This document shows, one piece after another, positions 47,743 to 54,690 of a DNA stretch of 54,690 nucleotides. Position 1 is the stretch's first letter; each line of letters opens with the position of its first letter. The notes under the pieces are model-generated. The model was not told the origin of the DNA and did not search any database. It saw nothing but the letters and a program-made list of their open reading frames with translations. Source of the stretch: a virus (lineage: Duplodnaviria > Caudoviricetes); the IMG/VR virus record IMGVR_UViG_3300031759_000032, positions 1-54,690 of that record. One strand, 5' to 3'. The translations under genes were made by a program, and so were the position numbers.

Positions 47743-48294
47743 ATGTCTGACACATTAGAAAACGAGTATATCCTCCTACTTGTATGCAAAACATGCAAGA
47801 CCATTGAGGAAATTCCGTACCAAAAATCGGGTAAATATCTAGGCGACGGAAAGTACGACCAAACAGACAACCCCTTTTTAGCTAAGGCTATCGGACCTTG
47901 CGAGAGCAAAGGTCATATGGGCATGCTTACAGACGTTAACTTCGTTTATTGGATGACTCCAAAGGTTAAAGAGTCCATCATTGCTCAAATTAAAGACACA
48001 TTTACAAATGGCGCAAACATGGCCTCTGGCCTTGACGTATTTGGAACTAATTTCTACGACCTAAAAGATACCTATTCCGCAGATGCTATGTCTTGTTGGA
48101 AACTGCACAACAGTCCTAAAGGCCAATGCTCTGACTACAAGGCTGAACGTAAACTTCTGGATGCAGGAACAGGTGCTGAACGACGCGCCGAGGGCCTAGG
48201 CAAATCTAATATTAAGGTCTATTTGTGCGATTTTTGCCCTGTAAAGATGTATAACCAGCAGAAAGCCTATAAAGAGCGCGGGTTGTACGAGTAA
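47743..48294 (+). CDS. Cys-rich hypothetical protein
   Basis: CKTC, C..H....C, CDFC; leaderless-type start. Confidence 0.7.
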   Translation: MSDTLENEYILLLVCKTCKTIEEIPYQKSGKYLGDGKYDQTDNPFLAKAIGPCESKGHMGMLTDVNFVYWMTPKVKESIIAQIKDTFTNGANMASGLDVFGTNFYDLKDTYSADAMSCWKLHNSPKGQCSDYKAERKLLDAGTGAERRAEGLGKSNIKVYLCDFCPVKMYNQQKAYKERGLYE

Positions 48295-48359
48295 ACTTTG
48301 GGTCACCTTTCCCTGTAACGCTTGGCTATACTGTACATACAGACCAAGAGGGAGATTCC

Positions 48360-48566
48360 ATGTTCGTAGAAATGACATGTCAATGTGGAGCCTCATTCCA
48401 GATGGACGCAGGGGATAACACATCTATAGTTGAACTTTGGGCGCACTCATTTGTTAATGCACATCACGAATGCGGTTATATGTCCACGCCATTACGCGCG
48501 GATACTGAAGAAAAGATGAAGCGTTACGACGTTATCTACAAGGAACCGCGCGAAAAAGAACTATAA
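48360..48566 (+). CDS. small metal-binding hypothetical protein
   Basis: CQC..H..C; GGGAG RBS. Confidence 0.6.
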   Translation: MFVEMTCQCGASFQMDAGDNTSIVELWAHSFVNAHHECGYMSTPLRADTEEKMKRYDVIYKEPREKEL

Positions 48567-48573
48567 TTAGTAA

Positions 48574-49503
48574 ATGGATTTCTATACATCACTAGTTGCT
48601 AACGCGACCCCAATAGGTATAGAGCCTGCTGAGACTTCGTACTTCAGTGCTCCTGGAGCTGGGCTCGACCCTCGTTTATTTAGAGACAATAAGCTACTTC
48701 CTGTTATGCGCTCGGCTATTCTACGTATTCTATTTGAACACCTTAATCAGTATTACAGTAGCCCTGAAGCGTACTGCACCGTCTGGTTAGCTGGTTCTGG
48801 CGTGAGCTACCAATGGGCAGCTGCACGGCAGCCTGCGGATTTAGATTGCCTTATCGGCGTAAACTATTTGAAGTTTAGACAGGCTAATCAACAGTATAAA
48901 GCCTTGAGTGACCAGCAGATTGCGGATATGTTTAATGAAGATTTCCGAAAGCACCTGCACCCGTTAACTAATAACTTTTTTAATACCTACGAACTTACTT
49001 TCTTTGTAAATGTTAAAACAGATATCCGCGCGTTAAAGCCATACGCCGCCTATTCAGTAACCAATGACGACTGGACAGTTGCGCCAGAAACAAAAGCGCC
49101 TCCACACAGCGCCGCCATGGAGCAAAAGGTTGCCAAAGATTTGTCTATGACAACAGAGATTCTATCCAGATACGCAGATGCGTTAAATAAACTCGGTAAT
49201 GCAACTACTGATAATGCCCGTAGAAACGCGGAATCTGCATTAAAGTTAGCGATTGACCAAGGCTCCGCACTGTTTGATGATATTCATTATGGCCGCCGAA
49301 ACGCTTTCAATCCTTCTGGTGGTGGTTACACTGATATTGCTAACTACCGTTGGCAAGCAGGAAAGCGCGCTGGAAGCATACAAGCCCTGAGTAAGTTAAA
49401 AGAGGTTTCCGTCAAAGGTCGTAAAGACTTTGAGGCTCAGACATACGGCATGGAACTTCCAGACACCAATACCTTAATTCGTAGGGCTGTCGGAGGACGT
49501 TAA
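48574..49503 (+). CDS. Pol-beta superfamily nucleotidyltransferase
   Basis: hGS motif 'LAGSGVSYQW', DxD 'DLDCL', downstream 'YELTFFV', 'YSV..D.W'. Confidence 0.75.
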   Translation: MDFYTSLVANATPIGIEPAETSYFSAPGAGLDPRLFRDNKLLPVMRSAILRILFEHLNQYYSSPEAYCTVWLAGSGVSYQWAAARQPADLDCLIGVNYLKFRQANQQYKALSDQQIADMFNEDFRKHLHPLTNNFFNTYELTFFVNVKTDIRALKPYAAYSVTNDDWTVAPETKAPPHSAAMEQKVAKDLSMTTEILSRYADALNKLGNATTDNARRNAESALKLAIDQGSALFDDIHYGRRNAFNPSGGGYTDIANYRWQAGKRAGSIQALSKLKEVSVKGRKDFEAQTYGMELPDTNTLIRRAVGGR

Positions 49504-49604
49504 TGTGCGCGGTTCAGGAATATAATATTACTGAATTAGCGGATGTGTTTAACACAACAATAGATGACGCCGCTGACTTCATATACACATCCATTGTCGT
49601 CTGA
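49503..49604 (+). CDS. 33-aa micro-ORF
   Basis: TAATG-coupled, GGAGG RBS; MCAVQEYNITELADVFNTTIDDAADFIYTSIVV. Confidence 0.45.
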   Translation: MCAVQEYNITELADVFNTTIDDAADFIYTSIVV

Positions 49605-49623
49605 TTAATGGTAGGGTTCCACC

Positions 49624-50091
49624 GTGGCTACACTAGTATTTATAGATGAGGTTTTGCGCAGTCAAACTGGCGCCCCTATACCTCAGGGTATTGCTCTGTT
49701 TCGCACTCTAAAGGAAAGAGAACGCGTTCTTATCCTTTCTAAAGATAAGGCTAGAGATGATGTTTGGCTGAAAGCCCACAAGATTAACTTTGTAGATGAC
49801 CTAATAGGATTAGAGTCAGTAACCTTTACAGATTTTCCAGAGTGGCGCCTCGTTGAGTACTGTCGCGGGCAATGGCATATAGACATGGTTATAACATCTA
49901 ACCCAGAGCTGGCGACTAAACTGCTCACAGTAGGCATCACTACTCTAATGTTTTTACACCCTGTTTATATTACAGAACGTTTTCGCCCAGATAGCCGCAC
50001 GGGTGTCCGTGCTTGGGAGTCTATTTCAAAAGAGATAGCCACCCAACAAGAAGCCTTTATTGACGACCACAGACTAAACCGAGACATATGA
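49624..50091 (+). CDS. HAD-fold-like protein (degenerate motif I)
   Basis: 'LVFIDEVLR....PI..G..L...L....LILS....WL..H.I' resembles capless HAD/PNKP phosphatase domains. Confidence 0.55.
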   Translation: MATLVFIDEVLRSQTGAPIPQGIALFRTLKERERVLILSKDKARDDVWLKAHKINFVDDLIGLESVTFTDFPEWRLVEYCRGQWHIDMVITSNPELATKLLTVGITTLMFLHPVYITERFRPDSRTGVRAWESISKEIATQQEAFIDDHRLNRDI

Positions 50092-51527
50092 CTCGGATTG
50101 TCTATTTAGGTGCTGAGGTTCCTAGTAATCGTATCTTGCTTGAAAGTGCGGGCGTTCGCCATGTCGGTTTCAGTTTCTACCGCCTATTGCGCCGCGGCAT
50201 CCCTAAAAAGGGATACAGATTAGAAGACCATTTTGACGACGGGGTTCAGATTTATCTACACCCTGGCCTACCCGCTGACCCCGCTATTCCTTTTGATGAG
50301 TTCTCGGACTTGTACGAGGGGTTCGTGGCAGAGAACATTGATAGGGTAACCCTATTCACGGAGATAGATTCAGATAACCTAGCCTATGTAGAGAACCAAA
50401 GAAAGACCTGTTGGTCTGAAGTTCCCCCAGGTAAGTTCCTCCCAGTTTGGAACCCAAGCACGGGGTTCAGTAATCTTAATCTAATGGCAGAACGCTACTT
50501 AGATATAGGAATCCCAGGCTCCTCCTTTGATGACCCCCAGACTGCTGTGGTGGTTAGAAACCTCACCCGTCAGGGTACTAGATTTCATATCTTAGGCTCG
50601 GCTAAGCCCGACCTACTACGCAATGTTCCAGCTGAGACCACAAGTACGCTATCATGGCTGTCCCCAATGATGAATGGCGAGACCATAGTCTGGGACGGTG
50701 TGAAATTGATGCGCTACCCCAAGCGCATGAAAGACCAAGCCCGAACTAGATATAGAAATGTCTATACAAAGGCTGGCTTAGATGTTGATAAGATACTAGA
50801 AGATGACCCCAAAGAAGTATGCCGTTTGGCGCTCTGGTCATACCAGCAATATGAAGCGAGGAACAACGGAGTGAATAACAATGACGACTTCTTATCAGAT
50901 AATAGCGAGGGAAATGAAGTAGCAACTAATGCGGAAACTACCCCCTCCCATATTGATAAGAAGCCCCTAGAGACACGGAAACTTGAAGCACGATTACCGC
51001 ATGAAATGGGCAATCTACCTATCTTCGGATACGACGTAAAAGCCGTTGTTAATGATGATGGAGTCATAGAAGATGTGACCTCTGTGCGTTCACAATCTAC
51101 TAGTCTTAGGGCATGTGATACCTGTTTCGTAGCCTCTAATTGTCCCGCTTTCAAGCCGCAAACAATGTGCGCTTTCAACCTACCAGTAGAGGTAAAGACC
51201 AAAGACCACCTAAAGGCACTACTCAATGCAATCATTGAAATGCAGGGTCAAAGGGTCGCTTTTATGCGATTTGCAGAAGAAATGAGTGGTGGGTATGCTG
51301 ACCCCAACGTTTCTCAGGAGATTGACCGCCTCTTTAAGTTGATTAAAACAACCAAAGAATTGGACGATTCAAGAGAGTTTATCCGCATGACGGTAGAGCG
51401 ACAAGGCTCTGCAGGAGTGCTATCCTCCATCTTCGGAGATAAGGCCAACGTCTTAAAAGAACTCCCTAATGACGGTCTAAACGAAGAGCAAACGACCAAG
51501 ATTATAAGAGATTTAACCGAAGAATAA
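50088..51527 (+). CDS. tRNA-guanine transglycosylase/DpdA-like barrel fused to a Cys4 and helical C-terminal domain
   Basis: 'FLPVW', 'IGIPG', 'RFHILG', 'STLSW....G' follow the TGT-like barrel order; C-terminal CDTC....CP.F......C. Confidence 0.55.
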   Translation: MTRIVYLGAEVPSNRILLESAGVRHVGFSFYRLLRRGIPKKGYRLEDHFDDGVQIYLHPGLPADPAIPFDEFSDLYEGFVAENIDRVTLFTEIDSDNLAYVENQRKTCWSEVPPGKFLPVWNPSTGFSNLNLMAERYLDIGIPGSSFDDPQTAVVVRNLTRQGTRFHILGSAKPDLLRNVPAETTSTLSWLSPMMNGETIVWDGVKLMRYPKRMKDQARTRYRNVYTKAGLDVDKILEDDPKEVCRLALWSYQQYEARNNGVNNNDDFLSDNSEGNEVATNAETTPSHIDKKPLETRKLEARLPHEMGNLPIFGYDVKAVVNDDGVIEDVTSVRSQSTSLRACDTCFVASNCPAFKPQTMCAFNLPVEVKTKDHLKALLNAIIEMQGQRVAFMRFAEEMSGGYADPNVSQEIDRLFKLIKTTKELDDSREFIRMTVERQGSAGVLSSIFGDKANVLKELPNDGLNEEQTTKIIRDLTEE

Positions 51528-51640
51528 GATTTCCTCTTAGCATATAAGAGAGGGGTAGCGGATATTGGAACTATATACTCCGTGAACTACGACTAATAAG
51601 CACCTAGACTATAAATCCATAACTGACGAACGGGGAAAAA

Positions 51641-53707
51641 GTGGCTTTATCATTTCATTTAGCAGACGATTACGTGGCAGGGTACCGCAGTAAGAAAGTG
51701 CCTTGGGGATACCAAGATGCCGCTGGAAACTCGGTGGGAGAGATTACTTTCCTACGTACCTATTCCCGTATCAAAGAGGATGGCACCAAAGAGACTTGGG
51801 TAGATGTGTGTGAGCGTGTCATCAACGGCATGTATTCTTTACAGAAAGACCACGCTAAGGCTAACCGACTTCCTTGGAATGATTCCAAGGCACAAGCCTC
51901 AGCCAAGGAGGCGTTTGACCGCTTATTTAATCTGAAGTGGACACCCCCAGGACGTGGACTATGGGTTATGGGAACCCCAATCGTGAACGAGCAACGAAAT
52001 TCGGCTGCTCTTCAGAACTGCTCGTTTGTATCAACCTCTTCAATGACAAAGAACGACCCTTCCAAACCATTCGCCTTCCTTATGGAAGCAAGCATGCTAG
52101 GCGTCGGTGTTGGCTTCGACCAAAAAGGCGCAGATAAGGATTTTACAATCTATGAGCCACAAAACGGAGAAACCTATGTCATCCCAGATACCCGTGAAGG
52201 TTGGGTCGAGTCCTTCTCTGCCATCCTCAATAGTTACCTTAGACCAGATACGAAGAGCCCTGTCTTTGACTACAGCCAAATCCGCCCAGAAGGAACTCCA
52301 ATTAAAACCTTTGGAGGAACTGCCGCAGGACACGAGCCATTAGAAAACCTTCATAATCATATTCGCCGCATATTCAAAGACCGCGCGGGAGAGAAATTGA
52401 CCCGTTTGGATATCGCAGATATCGGTAATCTAATTGGAGTTTGCGTAGTATCTGGCAACGTCCGTCGCTCAGCAGAACTTCTAATGGGAAAGCTGGATGA
52501 CGAAGAGTTTCTTAATCTGAAGAATGCCGAAGTCTATCCAGAGCGTAACTCTTACAACCCAGAAGCTCCTGGTTGGGCTTGGATGTCTAACAACTCAGTT
52601 GAGGTTAGCGTCGGTTCTAATTTAGATTCTATTGTTGATGGTATTGCCCGTAATGGTGAGCCTGGGGTTATCTGGATGGATGTGACTCGTAAATACGGTC
52701 GTCTAGCAGACCCAATCAACAATAAAGATTGGCGCGCGGCTGGGTACAACCCTTGCGCAGAACAGTCTCTTGAATCCTATGAGTGCTGTACTCTGGTTGA
52801 AACTTACCTCAACCGCCACGATTCTATTGAAGACTTCAAGCGGACTCTCAAGTTTGCTTATCTCTATGCCAAGACCGTAACTCTTCTGCCAACTCACTGG
52901 GAGGAGACCAACGCGATTATGCAACGTAACCGCCGTATCGGTACCTCTATCTCAGGTGTCGCTGACTTCGCTGACAATCGTGGTCTACCAGCCTTGCGCC
53001 AGTGGATGGACGAGGGTTACGCCACTATCCAACAGTACGATAAGGGTTACTCAGAGTGGCTCGGTATCCGTGAATCCATTAAGACTACTACTGTCAAGCC
53101 TTCAGGAACAGTCTCTATTCTTGCAGGCGAAAGCCCAGGGGTTCACTGGTCAGTAGGCGGTAAATACTTCCTTCGTGCTATTAGATTCCGCAACGAAGAC
53201 CCTCAACTTCCTCTCTTCCGTATGGCCCAGTATCGTATTGAAGCGGCCAGCGAGGACCCAAAGAATACTTCTGTGGTGTTCTTTCCAGTTGAATCTAATT
53301 CTAAACGCTCCGAGAAAGACGTCTCTATCTATGAGAAGGTTGCTCTCGCAGCGACGGCGCAACGCTACTGGAGCGATAACTCTGTCTCTGTAACAGTCTC
53401 TTTCAACCCTGAGACGGAATCTAAAGATGTTGGCACTGTTCTACATCTATATGACGGTCAGTTGAAGACGGTCTCTTTCCTACCATCAGGAAATACTATC
53501 TACCCTCAAATGCCGTATACCCAAATTACTGCGGAAGAGTACGAGGCTTATCGTATGACTCTCTTTCATATTGACTTCGCTGGTGTCTACGCTGGTATGG
53601 CTATGGACGCTATCGGTGAGGCTTTTTGTAGCACAGACGCATGCGAAGTTAAAATGATTACAGACGTAAAGCCAGGAGAAATTATCACAAGTAAAACAAC
53701 AGATTAG
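51641..53707 (+). CDS. nrdJ: class II (B12-dependent) monomeric ribonucleotide reductase
   Basis: 'PPGRGLW..G', 'LQNC', 'GNVRRSA', 'NPCAEQ.L', 'TVKPSGTVS', C-terminal 'FCSTDAC'. Confidence 0.95.
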   Translation: MALSFHLADDYVAGYRSKKVPWGYQDAAGNSVGEITFLRTYSRIKEDGTKETWVDVCERVINGMYSLQKDHAKANRLPWNDSKAQASAKEAFDRLFNLKWTPPGRGLWVMGTPIVNEQRNSAALQNCSFVSTSSMTKNDPSKPFAFLMEASMLGVGVGFDQKGADKDFTIYEPQNGETYVIPDTREGWVESFSAILNSYLRPDTKSPVFDYSQIRPEGTPIKTFGGTAAGHEPLENLHNHIRRIFKDRAGEKLTRLDIADIGNLIGVCVVSGNVRRSAELLMGKLDDEEFLNLKNAEVYPERNSYNPEAPGWAWMSNNSVEVSVGSNLDSIVDGIARNGEPGVIWMDVTRKYGRLADPINNKDWRAAGYNPCAEQSLESYECCTLVETYLNRHDSIEDFKRTLKFAYLYAKTVTLLPTHWEETNAIMQRNRRIGTSISGVADFADNRGLPALRQWMDEGYATIQQYDKGYSEWLGIRESIKTTTVKPSGTVSILAGESPGVHWSVGGKYFLRAIRFRNEDPQLPLFRMAQYRIEAASEDPKNTSVVFFPVESNSKRSEKDVSIYEKVALAATAQRYWSDNSVSVTVSFNPETESKDVGTVLHLYDGQLKTVSFLPSGNTIYPQMPYTQITAEEYEAYRMTLFHIDFAGVYAGMAMDAIGEAFCSTDACEVKMITDVKPGEIITSKTTD

Positions 53708-53802
53708 TAACTAATCTTTGCGATAATCTGCTAGCCTAGTGGCACCATGTCCTGGAGCATGCGGCTTAGGGTTAAGGTTCCTCCTAAAACCTATCCAGAT
53801 AG

Positions 53803-53873
53803 TGGGAATAAGTGTTACGGTAGCACGTGGAGCTCCAACCTCCAAGGCACGGGTTCGACCCCTGTATTCCCTG
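53803..53873 (+). tRNA. tRNA-Trp (CCA)
   Basis: Acceptor GGGAAT/ATTCCC, D-arm GTGT/GCAC, anticodon arm TGGAG-CT(CCA)AC-CTCCA, T-arm ACGGG-TTCGACC-CCTGT; discriminator G; no encoded CCA end. Confidence 0.85.
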
Positions 53874-53965
53874 CGGTGATACACCTCCATGACTGAAAAT
53901 CATGGGGGGTTGTAATTCCAAGATGAACCTATTAAACTGATAAGGGACAATCAGTAACCGAGCAT

Positions 53966-54004
53966 AGAAAAAGCCCCCCTAAACTAGGGGGGCTTTCTTT
54001 CTTT
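53966..54004. terminator. bidirectional intrinsic terminator
   Basis: AGAAAAAGCCCCCCTA-AAC-TAGGGGGGCTTTCTTTCTTT between convergent transcription units. Confidence 0.88.
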
Positions 54005-54100
54005 CGGCGCAGGTACGGCTCGCTCGGAAGGGTTGAGGTCTTGACCGTCCTTAGTAGGAACGAGTGGAAACTACTTTAACGCCCCTCTTAAAAATCTCTC

Positions 54101-54202
54101 TTATTCGTCGTCCTCTTCTTCAATAATCTCTTCGTCCTCAAAAGGGTCTTGATTAGGATTGGTTATGTGCCAATCAGGAAGTCCTCCACTGATTGGGTTC
54201 AC
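54101..54202 (-). CDS. 33-aa acidic peptide (not in ORF track)
   Basis: GTGA overlap with the upstream gene; MNPISGGLPDWHITNPNQDPFEDEEIIEEEDDE. Confidence 0.55.
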   Translation of the reverse strand: MNPISGGLPDWHITNPNQDPFEDEEIIEEEDDE

Positions 54203-54480
54203 GCTTCCACCTTAAAATCAATAGAGCCCATAAGGAAGGTAGGCTTACCGTTCTCATCTTCAATCGTAGGGGACAACTTAATTGACTTGCGTCCTGTTGT
54301 GACTAGCAATTCGCTCTTTACCCAGCGCTTACCAGCAGAGGCGTTAGACCATGCGCTCATAACTACGTTGGAGACCTCTCCTAGTTCGTTACGTACGGCT
54401 ACAGTACAGAGCCATGCGCCACTCTTTTCGGTGTTCTTTGCTAGTGAAGCAATAAACGTATTCGTTACCTTTTTAGCCAT
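54199..54480 (-). CDS. hypothetical protein
   Basis: AAGGA RBS; 93 aa. Confidence 0.7.
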   Translation of the reverse strand: MAKKVTNTFIASLAKNTEKSGAWLCTVAVRNELGEVSNVVMSAWSNASAGKRWVKSELLVTTGRKSIKLSPTIEDENGKPTFLMGSIDFKVEA

Positions 54481-54688
54481 TTGTATTCCTTCTTTCTTTG
54501 GGTGTGTAATCTACCACATTAGAGTACTGCTTGTCATCTACCACCCAAAAGTATGGCATCTCGCCATTTACATCAGGGAATTGTTCTTGATAGTACTCAG
54601 GGGCTTTTCGGATTAGATTAGATTGGTGAGACTTATGGAGTCGCTCGTCACCTAGCCACGCGGGCATGGTTGGGGCGCCTACACAAAC
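54473..54688 (-). CDS. 5'-truncated MSMEG_6728-like / pyrimidine-dimer glycosylase family protein
   Basis: 'P.WLGD..LH.SHQSNLIRK.P.YY...F......Y.W'; frame stays open to the window edge. Confidence 0.8.
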   Translation of the reverse strand, partial: VCVGAPTMPAWLGDERLHKSHQSNLIRKAPEYYQEQFPDVNGEMPYFWVVDDKQYSNVVDYTPKERRNTNG

Positions 54689-54690
54689 AA

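Noticed and set aside
29726-53707. Inteins or introns in dnaB, polA, recA or nrdJ
   Set aside because: Protein lengths are normal, motifs are contiguous, and no splice motifs were seen.
53935-53970. Hammerhead ribozyme core suggested by CTGATAAG...GAAA
   Set aside because: Stems I-III could not be built around the core.
54149-54616. 155-aa plus-strand ORF
   Set aside because: It lies antisense to coupled minus-strand genes, one with a recognisable family motif, and downstream of a terminator.

Overview
This window is a 54.7 kb internal segment of a large tailed dsDNA phage with a contractile tail, cut through a gene at each end. WhiB, an MSMEG_6728-like gene and many leaderless TANNNT-N6/7-ATG starts point to an actinobacterial host; a low-GC freshwater lineage is an inference. 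Gene order: neck protein, collagen (Gly-X-Gln) and glycine-rich fibre genes (1-7.0 kb); a FkbM-like methyltransferase facing TPR and GH130-like genes (7.1-9.6 kb); head-completion and small basic proteins; a full eCIS/T4-type tail module (12-26.5 kb); replication and recombination genes (27-43 kb: initiator, DnaC-like loader, DnaB, primase, dNMP kinase, SNF2, SSB, PolA, RecA, WhiB, Cas4-like, RuvC); SpoVS; a metallophosphoesterase; unknown small ORFs; a nucleotidyltransferase/HAD-like/TGT-like trio; class II RNR; tRNA-Trp; and a convergent minus-strand block. The best leads are the NTase-HAD-TGT-like module with altered catalytic motifs, a putative UUU_CGU +1 frameshift in the tail chaperone, a miniature spike with HxH inside its OB fold, collapsed gene remnants in the fibre locus, a 26-bp repeat-flanked gene insertion, and structured RNA candidates around the tRNA. 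All calls come from reading motifs and synteny by eye; no database searches were run.
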